Source: Octopus vulgaris
Lineage: Eukaryota
DNA: 64,000 nucleotides
Reading direction: 5' to 3'
NCBI GenBank assembly: GCA_951406725.2
Contig: OX597824.1
Location: forward strand, 51,460,001-51,524,000
The position numbers were made by a program, and so were the translations under genes. Of this stretch, positions 28,002 to 40,861 are shown piece by piece. The notes beneath the pieces were generated by a model. It ran no database searches, had not been told where the DNA came from, and was given only the letters and a program-made list of their open reading frames with translations. Numbering within the stretch: position 1 is the stretch's first letter; each line of letters opens with the position of its first letter.

Positions 28002-28003
<2 letters not shown>
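26269..28003 (-). mobile_element. RTE-clade LINE, 5'-truncated, RT largely intact
   Basis: YRGIKLL, QFGFVPGRSTTDAIF, FVDLEKAFDRVP, GVHQGSALSP, LLYADDL, FRYLG, RLRWYGHVLRM and RGRGRPRKTW; (GAT)n tail. Confidence 0.95.
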
Positions 28004-28051
<48 letters not shown>

Positions 28052-28449
28052 GTAAATAAATAAAAAACGAAGAATAAGCACAAGAAAAAAACAACAATGC
28101 GAGGATGTGGTACATGTAAAGTATTAGCAGACACTCAGGGAAGGAAAGAAAGGTGGTATATAGTATTTTATAAGTTTAAAGCTTATAAAATATTACTATT
28201 ATTCTTACAGAATTTTAAAAATTGACACTGCTTACCAAAAATCTTCACTGAAAAGCATATACATAAAGTGAACACTAATGGCATCTAAAATTTATGACAG
28301 CTGTGTTCAGTAGAATTTTATTAATGCATTCATTGAAGATTACATCATAATATAGAATTCACTATCATGAGGTAAAATTTTAAACAAGTGAGATTTTTTC
28401 CTTCAAAACAAACAAGGTCCAAATCAAATGTTAAATATAAATATATATA

Positions 28450-28620
28450 ATGTTCATCCTTCGGGTTCGAAGATGACCATTGACATCATTTGGTGGAATT
28501 GCTGCTATGAGACCGGAGGTGGCTGGTGAGGCCAATCCGGGCAAGAAAGCCCCTCCCACAGGTGGGGCACCTGTTTCAGACAGCGGCTATGCTGAAATAG
28601 CACCTTGAAGGTTTTCAAAC
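28450..28620 (-). mobile_element. RTE/BovB-like LINE 3' end
   Basis: C2H2 finger CPTCGRAFLARIGLTSHLRSH on the minus strand. Confidence 0.65.
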
Positions 28621-29615
28621 TAATAAATCAACCCCAAAAACTGAATTTTTTTAAAGCCTGGTGCTTATTCTGTTGGTCTCCTTTTGTGGAACAGATAAGT
28701 TATGGGTATGCAAACAAACCAACTCCAGATATGAAGCAGTAGTTGGAGACAAATACAAACAGAAACACACACAATATAAAAGTGCACCATTGATGCAGGT
28801 CTGATGAAGTACCACTCTCATGTCTAAAACTGCAAATATCATGTAAATTTTCATATTGAATTTTTGCATGAACTGACAATGAAAGCAGAGATGGTACAGA
28901 AACAATTACAAAAATGTGTTAAAGAATTTCTTTAGACAGCTAGACAGAGAGATAGATAGATAGAAAGATAGACAGACAGATAGATATATGACAGGATTCA
29001 TTCTGTTTCCATCTACCAGATCTACTCATAAGGTTTTAGTCAACCTGGGACTATAGTAGAAGATACTTGCAGAAGGTACCACACAGTGGGACTGAACTGA
29101 CAACCATGTGGTTGGGAAGCAAGCTTCTTACCACACAGCCATATCATACACACACATAGGGTTGATGAAATAAGTGCCAGTTGTAAACAGGTCAATGTAA
29201 TCCACTTAACGTCGTCCCTGAATTTGCTGGCCTTGTGCAAAAAAATACGAAACCATTATTATTGTTATTATTATTATTATTAAGGTAACAAGCTAACAGA
29301 ATCATTAGCATGTCAGACATAATGATTAGTAGCAACTTTTTGACTCTTTGTGTTCTGATTTCAAATACCACCATGGCCAATTTTGCTTTTCAGCCTCATG
29401 AGGTCAATAGAATAAAGTCAAGAACTGGGGTCAATGTCATCAACTTACCCCATCCTTTAAGATTGCTGGCCTTGTGCCGAAATCTAAAAGCATTATTATT
29501 ATTATTATTATTATTTTAATTTTTTTTTATTTTATAATTGAGGTGGAAGTTGGAGTGTTGAATCAGTGTCAAGAGTAGAGATCAAAGAAGTCAATATGTA
29601 AAAATGTTTTCTTAC

Positions 29616-29783
29616 TTCAGAATAGTCGATATTTCTAGTGTTGATGTCATACAATTGTTCATCAATTTTCGTCAACCTTTCTTTCATATTTCTTTCTTCT
29701 TTTGTATCCAGTAAAATTTTCTCACCAAATTGTTTCAGTGCAAAAGTATCACATGGTGGTGAGACAGTGCTAAATATGCGCTG
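29616..29783 (-). CDS. FSIP1: FSIP1-like exon
   Basis: cacag|CAG ... GAA|gtaag; phase 0/0. GEKILLDTKEERNMKERLTKIDEQL resembles FSIP1 GEKILRNTKEQR..RLREIDEKL (recalled). Confidence 0.88.
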
Positions 29784-30481
29784 CTGTGGTGACAACAAAA
29801 TTCAAACAAATCAATATAAATTTGCATCAATTTGTATAATTAAAGATTATAAATCTACCCAAGTATATTGAAATTCATTTGAATCAATGAATTTATAGCT
29901 ATTGCTGTTGTTTTTAGTATTATATGACAAACTATACATTGAGATGGTTTTATCTTTGCTTTTTCCAAACCCACTCAAGGATCTAATATCATAAGTGAAA
30001 AGTTAACAAAACTTCTATCTATAATTAGACATGTTCCTCTATCATCACAATGTGAATATATTGTGATGTTGTAGGAATAATCACCAACAACTTTTAAATA
30101 CATTAAATATTGGTTTTAAGTTATATTCTCTTAATGCAGAAAATTTTTTCAAATAAACTTTTTAGAACTTTGTATATAATTTTGGAAAACATGTAGATAA
30201 GAAACCTCTAGCCCATAGATATACTGTCTCCTGTCATTCTAAGTTTTCTACCACTACTACAATAATATCTACTCAGAATTAGCTCAATAGCATACCAAAC
30301 ATATTCATTTTCATCTTATTCTCACCCAAGCTCCAGTAGCCACTTTCTTAACCCACCATACCCCCTGAATGTCAACTCTTTGTAGTTCCCTGCCTACTTA
30401 TGCTCTACTAGCAACCATAAACTTACAGATGTTCAAACTGAACATGAAACAATAAAAAATGTACTCCAAGCAATACTTAAC

Positions 30482-30652
30482 AGTGGGAGTTGGTGATCGA
30501 TGTTTCAAAGCAATCATTTCGAATTCTGATGGTGTCATCAAATATCTCAGTTTGTAATCTATTTCAGCAAGACTGGTTCTATCTTCCTGGCTGCTCAAGA
30601 ATCCATCTTCTCTTTGAGACAATAAGGAATCCTTAGTTGCCAAATCAGAAAT
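30482..30652 (-). CDS. FSIP1: FSIP1-like exon
   Basis: gatag|ATT ... ACT|gttaag (donor chosen by phase). SLAEIDYKL resembles FSIP1 QLAEIDIKL. Confidence 0.82.
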
Positions 30653-32088
30653 CTATCAAAAATAATAATAAAAAAAGAAAGAAGGGAAAAATAATGAAGA
30701 AAAAATTGAAAATATATCACTAAATAGAGTAGTTTTGTTTTCTTTCAATTTATATTTTCAGGAATATTTTATTGTTTTGGTTTGGTAAGATAAAGCCGTT
30801 GTCAGCATACATACTACCATATTAACAATATTACAGACCCTCTTGCAAAGCAATGCACCAGAATCTCAACATATACAATGACATCAATGATTGTTGGGCT
30901 CGCAGACCTGTGAGAGCCCAACACAGCAGCCTAGTGTACCCATGCTTTCAGACAGCATTGAGCATACAAACTGAAGCTTGTTCATATACCAGTAAAGTAC
31001 TGATCTCTTAGAAGAGAAATTTACCTCTTAATCACCCAGTTCATGTTACAGTGAAGATACAGTTTACCATTGTAAAGATACAGTTTACCATTGTAAACAG
31101 TGTGTGTCAACTTATTGGGTAATTGGTGACTACACTGCATACTTGATGCACTTCACATAAAGTGGTACCATGTGAAGATACAATTTACCATTGTAAACTA
31201 TAGAATCAAATTTCTGTGAAATTAATGAGTGTTCCAGAAACTCAAGAGGCCTAAATTTTCTTTTGAACCTAGAAAAAGTGACAGCAAATCACTCTTTTGT
31301 ATCTTCTTTTGAATTCCTCATTGAAGAGGAAATCTTTTGATGGTGATCCAAATACTTAACTGTATGCAGAACTTTATCAATGCTATGAAGATTTTGTTAT
31401 TCAAGTTAGTCACCTCTAGAGTTAACTACTAATTCATTAAACTATTTATATATGCCAGATGGATTATACATAATCAATTAGTTAGTCAATTAATTACTTA
31501 GTCAATTAGTATGCTGAGAATTTCTCTGCATTCCTGATATGTATTTTCCATTCCTCTGTATTGTCTATGGCATTATCTCTTGGGTAATACATCAAGCACC
31601 TTCTGATATGGTTCTTCCTTCACCAGCAGTGACCAATATTGTGTTTGTGATAAATGGAACATCTTGGTATAGCTCTTTGTTTTACTTGTGTCAACATCAT
31701 TAGATATTTAGAACAGCAAGGAGTATACTAGTGTGTGAATCCTTTAGAGATTTCATCGTGGAAGCTGTTAGTGACCATGTGATTGAACCATGAACTAAAA
31801 TTTATTCAAGTGAAAACCTGAAGAAGTCTATTTTAGTTCTCCATGGAAAATTAGATTTCCATATCATCCTTACAGTCAAGCAGTCTCCACATTTTACTAA
31901 ACCTGATTTCTATATCATTCTTAGATCTGGAGATATGATTTCCAAGCTATTTGCAGTTCCCTACTCCTTCGATTTTTTTACTCCATTCAGAAAAATACAA
32001 GCTTTCAGTTTTATCTTGGCTGTCATACATATATCTGTTTTAGATATGTGTCTGACAGATATAGACATATATTTAGATATAATGTTGA

Positions 32089-32310
32089 TATGAGGGTGGG
32101 CTGAAAAGTTCATAAGCTATGAAGGAGTGATGCTAGAGTTTTGAAATATTGCGCGCATTAATTTAAATTTCTTTATTAATAACTGCATTGTTTCATTCCA
32201 AGTAAACTGACAACTGACTATTCAAAGAAGACTTCAAAAGTAACGGGTAGGGACTTCTCTTGAAAATGAACAAAATTTGGCATCATGGGGTTATTAAGTA
32301 CCTGCAGAAA
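32089..32310 (+). mobile_element. Mariner 5' fragment
   Basis: TA-TGAGGGTGGGCTGAAAAGTT TIR-like start, then MNKIWHHGVIKYLQK. Confidence 0.55.
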
Positions 32311-32826
32311 AACAACAGCCACCACTGCCACCACTACACCACCACCATCAAAATAACAACACTGTCATGTAATATTTCTCATATATACTTCCTCTGATAA
32401 AATCATTATCATCATCATCAACAACATTTAACATCCATTGTCCATACTGGCATGGATTGGACAGTTTGACCAGGGCTGATAAACTGGAAGGCTTCACCAA
32501 AACTCCAGTCTGATTTGGCATGGTTTTCTACGGCTGCATGCCATTCCTAATGCCAACTACTCCAAGAGTGTGATGGAAGCTTTTATGTGCCACCAGCACA
32601 GGTGCCATTTGCATGACACCGGTATCTGCCATGACTGTGATTTTGCTTGGCTTGATGGATCTTCTTATCAAGCTTAACATAATGCCAAAGATCTTGGTCA
32701 TTGCCTCTGTAAGGCCCAACACTCGAAAGGAACACTTTTCCCCCATGAAGTCCAATGCGCAATGTGAAAATATAAATCAAATTATCATTATCATATCTAT
32801 CTCATAAATCTCAAAAGTTGTCTCAC

Positions 32827-32937
32827 CTGTAATTCTTTAGGAGTTTCATACAATGTATCCAAGTCTTGGAGCAAATCCTCAATTCTGTTTTTCTCTTCAG
32901 GTGTCATAGAAACTGCACTGTCAGCATCTTTAGCCAA
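32827..32937 (-). CDS. FSIP1: FSIP1-like exon
   Basis: ttttag|TTG ... CAG|gtgag. LAKDADSAVSMTPEEKNRIEDLLQDLD continues NFIKRNIQ, the conserved FSIP1 block. Confidence 0.9.
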
Positions 32938-33942
32938 CTAAAATCAAAAAGAAATAAATACAATTAAAACTAAGAATGTAAAAAAAATAAAATAAAAGGA
33001 AGATGAAACAAAAAGAAACTGTATTTGTTGAATATTTGATCCCTATAAAGATCATATAGTCGACCAAAACAATAAAGCTCTGAATGGCTGCATTTCCTTT
33101 CAGCTCTTCTTAGTTTTGAGCTCAAATCCCATTAGAGTCCTCTGTATTTTTTATTCTTTTGAGGTCAATAAAAGAAGAAGTAATAAACTGAGAAGATTCA
33201 AGTGAATATATGTGTTTTTATTCCCTTTACAAGAAATTTATATTTTGATAGCTGTGACAGCATTTTGATATTAGCTCTGACTTTTTGTATAAAGTATCAG
33301 TTAGTTTGGTTACAATATGGTATTTCTCTGGACAGAAGGTATTTTGAATAAATTAGAAAATCATGGTGTATGACATTCACTACCTCAACACCAACAACAA
33401 CAAAGAGCTAACAAGCATGTGTGATGACATTCCACCAGAGTGCAAGGATGCAGAAATACCTTTAGTTGGTGTCAAGGTATGCAGTAAAACCAATGGGAGG
33501 GAGGGACCCCTAGCTGGAGTCACATCATCCTTCTAAGAGAGAGATTCTGTGGTGTAAAACCTGCAGCTTAATATGATTACTTGTCATCTTGCTCTGACCT
33601 GTCGCTAGGTACTAATCATAGAGACTCAGAAAGTGGTAGTTGTTTTGTTTAGTTAAGTGACTCAAACATCAATAGATGTCTGGTATTTGTAGTTGTGATG
33701 ATGGAGGAGGGAGAAAAATCACAACCAGTGTGAAGTGAAATTAAAATACAAAGAGAACAAAACTAAAAAGTTTACAGTAGTCATTGGTTTCTCCATTCCA
33801 GAACCTCTACAGGCTAAAGGGAGCAGCTAACTCTCTTCAAAAATCACCTGCTGCTGCTTTGAAAATGAAGGATACATCACAGAAAATGGTTATGGCTTAA
33901 ACAACAATAGCAGTAGCAATGTAATCTAATAAAATTATCTAC

Positions 33943-34979
33943 CTGGATGTTTCTTTTAATGAAGTTCTTTTTGGTTTTCTTCTTCATCTGAGTATGTTCT
34001 TCATCCTGACTTGAGGTCGCCTCTTTGATTTTCACCGGACTAGGTGGCATTTCACTGAGTTCTAATTGGAGTGATTCATTACTAAATGACAGTCGTATTT
34101 CACTTGAGACTACTTCATTCAATTCCTGACTTAAGTCTGTCCCACTGAAGCCTACTAGTTCACTGGGTGATTGATTGAGTGATTTATTGTTGTTATATTG
34201 GCTCAAATCTTCACTAATGAGCCCCACTTGATCTGAGTCCATACCACTAAGTGCTTCAGCTGGAGACTCACTACTGATATTTTGGTTTGAGTATGTATTA
34301 CTGAGTCCCACTTGGTCCAACACTGAATCACTGGGCGCTTGATGTGGAGACTCAATACTGATACTTTGGCTTGAGCCTTTATTACTGAGCACCACTTGGT
34401 CTGAGACCACATCAATGGGGACCTTATTTGGAAATTCAATATTGATATTTTGGCTTGAGCCTGTACCACTGAGCACCACTTGGCCACAAGGTAACTGATT
34501 GAGAGACTTGTTATTAATATTTTGGCTTGAGCTTGTGTTGCTGAGCACCACTTGGTCTAAGACCACATCACTGGGTACCTGAGTTAGAGGCTCACAGCTG
34601 ATATTTTGGTTTGAGCCTACAACACTGAGTCTCATTTGGTCAGGATTCACATTAGTCGGTGTTGAGCTCAGGGAATTATTACTGGTAACCTGAACTAACT
34701 TCAAATCATAGGATGACACTGGGTCTGATATCATATCACTAACTTCTTGATTCAAAGACTTTTTGTCAGTGGTTTCATCTTTGAGGCCTTCATTTGAAAT
34801 TTCATTAACAATGTCTTTGACTGAATTTGTATCCTTAACAATATCAGCAGAGGATAGTTCACTTTGGAGAATTTTGTCTTTGACACTCTCACTATCGTCC
34901 TTGAAGTCTTCAAGAAAATAGTGTTCATCATCAAATGTGAGATCCCGAGTTTTCTTTTCAGTATATTCATTCACCATAG
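33943..34979 (-). CDS. FSIP1: FSIP1-like large exon (1037 bp) containing tandem repeats
   Basis: tgtag|CT ... CAG|gtaga; phase 1 in, 0 out. Open throughout and ends KKNFIKRNIQ. Confidence 0.85.
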
Positions 34980-35227
34980 CTACAATAATTACAACATACA
35001 ATAGGTGGTTAATATATGAACACTATATTTATGTTGATGATGATCATGATGAAAATGGTTATGAATAAGGGAGACCAAGTCATGCAGACAACAGTAATTT
35101 TGATGCTAATAAAAGACTGGGTAAAGACTATGATGATGTATATGATCATAACAATAATGTTGAAAATGATGGTGATTATGATGACTGATAATGATGATGA
35201 GGATGACAATGACAACAACAACGATGA

Positions 35228-35261
<34 letters not shown>

Positions 35262-35269
35262 GGTGGTGG

Positions 35270-35336
<67 letters not shown>

Positions 35337-35808
35337 GATGATGATGAAATTAATGAAATAACAGATGAAATTGATCCTACACATTGCATTTGATGAAAGA
35401 TCAGCAACAATGTTCAAGATGAATCAGATTACGTAAAAGCAAAGTAAAACATCAGAGAGCCACAATGTAATGGTGGTTTGACTAGATTTTTTTTTTAAAT
35501 GCCCATCTGTTCTTTGCAGCTGTCTAAGCCAGAGCTTACCTCTAGTTTCTTTGCCAATATAGGGATAAGAAACAAATTACCACCTGGATAGGCTCCCAGT
35601 ATATCACAGACAAAAGCTAACAAATATCTCATGGCAGTCAGTTACAATGAGATGGTTTGGGCCATTTTAAGTTAAGACATTTCTGCCATAGACACAGCAC
35701 ATTTCTGATGTTGAGACAGGAACTTGCAACTTCCTGACTGGTTTTCTAGTGTCACAGCCACTGTGCTATCAACTAAGGAAGAAGCATAAAGAAAGGACAA
35801 CAACTCAC

Positions 35809-35916
35809 TTGATATTGATCGAGAAGAATCACTTTCAGTATCATCTTCTGGTTTTAGTAGCCAAGTTTTGAAGAAAGGTGAATATGCAAAAATACTGTCT
35901 GTAGTGTCATCTTTCT
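35809..35916 (-). CDS. FSIP1: FSIP1-like exon
   Basis: ttacag|AG ... A|gtgagt; phase 1/1. SPFFKTW resembles the FSIP1 VFHTQ block. Confidence 0.8.
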
Positions 35917-38401
35917 CTGTAAATAGAATTATAATGTTAACTATGTGCATTCAATCCACTTGTTGTCATTTATGACATTACAGTTGTTATGTAATTGGGA
36001 TTTAGTTTGACTAAACTCAAAAGTTAAACACAAAAAAAAATTAGTGCAGGTAACACAAAGAGAAAAAAGAAACAGGGTTTGATGTTAAGTTGTTGATAGT
36101 TTTCAGTCCTAAAGGCCAGCTTTGACTGGGTAGACATATCACCAAAGGCATAACAAGTATGGCCCTTCTATCTTTCTTTCAGACAGTGTCTCATCATCAT
36201 TGTCATCATCATCATCATCCTCATTTAGCATCTATTTTTCAAGCTGGCATGGGTTAGCCAGTTTGACTGGGACTGGTTAGCTGGAGAGCTGCACCAGGCT
36301 CCAGTCTGTTATAGCCTGGTTTCTATGGCTGGATGCACTTCCAAATGCCAACCACTCCACAGTGTACTAGATGCCTTCTATGTATCTCCAACATGAGTGC
36401 TTTTCACCTGCCACTGACATGGATGCCTTTTATATGTCACTGGCACTGGCCATGACAACAATTTCACTTAGTTTGATGTGTCTTCTCAAGCATAGCAAAT
36501 CGCCAAAGGTCTTGATATCTTGTCATCATCTCCATGAGACTAAACATCTGAAGATCATACTTCACTACCTCATCCCATATCTTCCTGGGTCCACTTCTTC
36601 CACAGGTTCCCTCTACAGTAAGGGATCAGCACTTCTTTACACAGGACTACATTATCAAAAGTACCTTTCCTTTGTTGTTTATTCCATGTTTACCTTGAAT
36701 TACCAAAATTGTAATGAAAGGCATTCAATTATGAAGGCATCTTTTTTTTATGTTTTCCTTTGCAGAGATAGTGTTTTGAGACACCGGAGTAAGTTGGGGT
36801 CCTTTGATTTGTTTGATCCTGTTCAAATGTCTAATTCATGCCAGATTGGAAAATGGACACAAAAATGGTGAAAAGAAACTGACAATGTGTGTACAATGGA
36901 CCACATTATGAAATACTAATACTTTTTTAAAGATGATATTGTATGGTTTTGAAAAACCTAACTGCTAATTGTAGACATTCAAGTTACCACATAACAGCTC
37001 CTCCATTGCCTTACATAATATTGATTTCAAATTTTGGCTCAAGGCCAACAATTTTGGGTGACAGGATAAAATCAATTACGCCAACCCCAACTGGTACTTA
37101 TTTTATCAACCCTGAGAGCTGACCTCAGCAGATTTTGAACTCAGAACATAAAGATGGATGAAATGCCACTATGCATTTTGCCCAGCATGCTTCAATTTGT
37201 TCATCCGGCATGTGTAATAATATAAGATTATTTTTAAAATTTATTAATTTCAGATAGTTTTTGGTTTTAAAGGTTCAAATCACAGTCATAAAGATGCCAA
37301 ACACTGTAGAGTAAAACAGCTGACTGACTAATGTTATCAGTGGTGCGAAGAGAACAAGATGCATGCATACACATATGAATGCATGTGCACATATACATGT
37401 GAATATTCATACACACACATGCACATAGTGGTTATGAGCATAGGCTACATGAATGATTAACGACTGCTAGGTGTACACTTCAGATTTTGGTGGATTCATT
37501 ATGCCATGCCTTCACCAGCAAAATGGCAGAATTGTTAGATGAAATCCCTTGCAGTATTTATTCTGGTTCTCTGTACTCTGAGTTCAAATCTCACCAAGGT
37601 CAACTTTGCCTTTCATTCTTTCAGGGATAGATCAATAAAATAAAATACCAGTCCAGAGCAATCGCGTAGTGGGATTTTGAGAACAGCAGATGAGCTTTCA
37701 GAATATATTTCAGCTTCTTTGCATTCTGTGTTCTTGGATGGCAAACTCAATCCGTCATCTAGTCTTTGCAGATCTTTAACAGGCTCCAGTTTATTACAAG
37801 CATTCAGGCCATGTCCCTTCTATGAGGATAACATCCTTCCTGCCTTCGTCAAAAGCTCTGGTAAAATAAGAATCATAGATACTGCCTTTCATTCTCTAAT
37901 TAAGGGATAAAAATATGGTATCCACTTAAAATTAATGATCTGTTTCCTAACATCACTGTCTGGTTCACCGAAGACAAAAGAATACTGCAGTAGACAATGA
38001 CTGATGTCTCTTTTGACCCTATATTCAAACCACTGCTATCATGCATGGCTGAGTGGTAAGAAGTTTGTTTTCCAACCACATGGTTCTGGGTTCAGTCCGA
38101 CTGCATGCCAGCTTCGGTGTCTTCTACCACAGGCCAATCAAAGTCTTGTGAGTGGATTTGGTAGATGGAAACTAAAAGAAGACCATTATTGTGTGTGTGA
38201 GGGGTGTAAGATGAAGTGGTGAGGAAGGATCTTCAGATGCTAGATCTCACAGAGGAGATGACAAGGGTCCAAAACGTCTAGTGGTTTGCTGTACTTGAGA
38301 AGACACACCAATCTAAGTAAAATTGTGATTGTCCATGCATACAGGCATGTTCTCAACATCTCACTTTCAGCTGAGAGATTCAAGTCTTGCAGGCTCATGG
38401 A

Positions 38402-38956
38402 TGCTGGTACCACATAAAAGCACTTGTGCGAGTGTCACATAGAATCACCCATGCTGGTGCCATGTAAAAGCACCAGTGCTGGTGTCACATAAAAGCACCT
38501 GTGCTGGTGTTACATAAAAGCACCTGTGCTGGTGTCACATAAAAGCACCTGTGCTGGTGTCACATAAAAGCACCTGTGCTGGTGTTACATAAAAGCACCT
38601 GTGCCAGTGTCACATAAAAGCACCAGTGCTGGTGTCACATAAAAGCACCTGTGCTGGTGTTATATAAAAGCACCTGTGCTGGTGTCACATAAAAGCACCT
38701 GTGCTGGTGTCACATAAAAGCACCTGTGCTGGTGTTACATAAAAGCACCTGTGCCAGTGTCACATAAAAGCACCTGTGCTGGTGTTACATAAAAGCACCT
38801 GTGCCAGTGTCACATAAAAGCACCTGTGCCAGTGTCACATAAAAGCACCTGTGCTGGTGTCACATAAAAGCACCTGTGCTGGTGTCACATAAAAGCACCT
38901 GTGCCAGTGTCACATAAAAGCACCTGTGCTGGTGTCACATAAAAGCACCTGTGCTG
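38402..38956 (+). repeat. 25-bp minisatellite (~22 units) inside an RTE 3' UTR
   Basis: Unit TGCTGGTGTCACATAAAAGCACCTG, flanked by RTE 3' sequence. Confidence 0.95.
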
Positions 38957-39359
38957 ATAAAATCACTCAGTACACTCTGTAAAGTAATTGGTCCTAGGAA
39001 GGGCATCCAGCCATAGAAACCATGCCAAAACACAATTGGAGCCTATCAATCCGTCCAACACATGCCAGTATGGAGAACAGCTGTTGAAAGATAATGATGA
39101 GAATGGTGATACTGAAACACTGCATTAGAAATGAAGTCCCTGAGTTCAGACCAACTCCAGGGAATTATAAATACTCTTTAACACATTACAGCTCATGAGC
39201 TGTGGTCATGCTGGGGCACCACATTAAATATGTATATAAGTGTATGAAATAGAGTATGAACCAACTAAAATATGGTGTAAAACATGAAAAACTACAAAAA
39301 AAAATTAGTTGTATTGTTCAGAAAATCTAAAACTTTATTATAATAAAAGCAATTCTTAC

Positions 39360-39475
39360 TGCCACTACGATGCTTTGGTGTGTAGGTCAGGGCAAAGAAC
39401 TTTTCGGTGTTGGCTTTTTCATCCCTCATTTCTATTCTTCCAGTTTTCTTTATCTTTTCCAACTCTTCATGTAAC
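39360..39475 (-). CDS. FSIP1: FSIP1-like exon
   Basis: gttag|G ... A|gtaag; phase 2 in, 1 out. LHEELEK..DEKANTEKFFALT resembles FSIP1 LWEEIK..EEMENTKKFLSLT. Confidence 0.88.
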
Positions 39476-39594
39476 CTAACAAATTAAACATGTATTTTGG
39501 TGGACTTCCAAAAGAATTTTTTAAAAATATAACAAAAATAACAGGACACAGTGACTTGGAGTAAGAGACAAAGATATCACACATAAGTAATCTT

Positions 39595-39634
<40 letters not shown>

Positions 39635-39636
<2 letters not shown>

Positions 39637-40070
39637 CTTTTCTACTAAAGGCACAAGGCCTGAAATTTTGGGAGAGGGGCTAGTCGATTATATCAACCCC
39701 AGCGTTTCACTGGTACTTAATTTATCAATCCTGAAAGGATAAAAGGCAAAGTCAACCTCAGCAGAATATAGTGATGGGCAAAATACTGCTAAGCATTTTA
39801 TCTAGCAAGCTAACGATTCTGCCAGCTCACCACCTTAATAATAATAATAATCCTTCCTACTAAAGGCACAAGGCCTGAAATTTGGGGGTTGTGGACTAGC
39901 CAGTTACAATCAACCTCAATCAGTGTTTCACTGGTACTTAATTTATTGACCCTGAAAGGATGAAAGGCAAAGTCGACCTTGGTGGAATTTGAACTAAGAA
40001 TGTAAGGATAGACAAAATGCCATCAAGCATTTTGCCCAGCATGCTAATGATTCTGCCAGCTTCTCACCTT
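39635..40070 (-). mobile_element. Two tandem family A SINEs
   Basis: Same motifs as the 21815 cluster. Other copies at ~8737, 12646, 23694, 29160-29492, 37020, 37520, 42497, 44475 and 53925-54158. Confidence 0.8.
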
Positions 40071-40113
40071 AATAATAATAATAATCCTTTTTACTATAGG
40101 CACAAGGTCTGAA

Positions 40114-40164
<51 letters not shown>

Positions 40165-40165
<1 letters not shown>

Positions 40166-40718
40166 CCCTGATGCAGTACCAGGCAGTGGCTCTCGTGGCT
40201 TCTGATCTTAACTGATTGGAAGTGTTATCATGTACATTGTTTTGTCTTGGTATAAAAGATGGGCTACAGCAAATATTCTGTTCAACACCACAGATTTGCT
40301 TGTCAGTTGTTTGACCTTAACCAGTTGAGCATGTCCCTTAGTGGCTGACGATATGTGCATCTCTGATCACGAACAGAAGTAGTGGGGGAGCATCATAGCC
40401 GTGTGTTGAAAGGAATTCTTAGAGGTTTGGATAATTCACCTTTGGAAACATGGGTGCTTCGTTCAACATCCTTAAACAACCCTTATTCAAGGACCTTTTG
40501 AGCGGGATGGGTTACTCGACCAGAAGTACATTCTAACTGGGCCCCACCTGCAAGGTCATGTGCTGGTTATCTTGATATGAGATCACTATGTTGCGCACAT
40601 ATGGTTGTGATGCATGTGCCTAATGTACCCTTATCAGACGGGTAGTCATGACGGGTATACTGGGCTTCGTATATTTTACCCCAGTGTCACTTTGATGGCA
40701 TGCACTGCTCTCTCGCTC
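40165..40718. mobile_element. ~555-bp non-coding interspersed repeat flanked by (AAT)n
   Basis: Copies at 45748-46241, 42172-42480 (internally deleted) and ~10605-10790 (inverted, partial); termini are shared among the longer copies. Confidence 0.85.
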
Positions 40719-40757
40719 AATAATAATAATAATAATAATTATAATAATAATAATAAT

Positions 40758-40792
<35 letters not shown>

Positions 40793-40861
40793 TAATAATA
40801 GTGGTGGGGGGGTATGGTGATGGTGATGATGATAGATATATGATTTGATTCCACACTTATA

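Noticed and set aside
35009-35417. Poly-D/G or poly-S/P ORFs inside the FSIP1 locus
   Set aside because: GAT/GGT microsatellite in an intron; the flanking exons join in phase without it.
38402-38956. CRISPR-like array
   Set aside because: The units are contiguous with no unique spacers, there are no cas genes, and the context is a eukaryotic LINE UTR.
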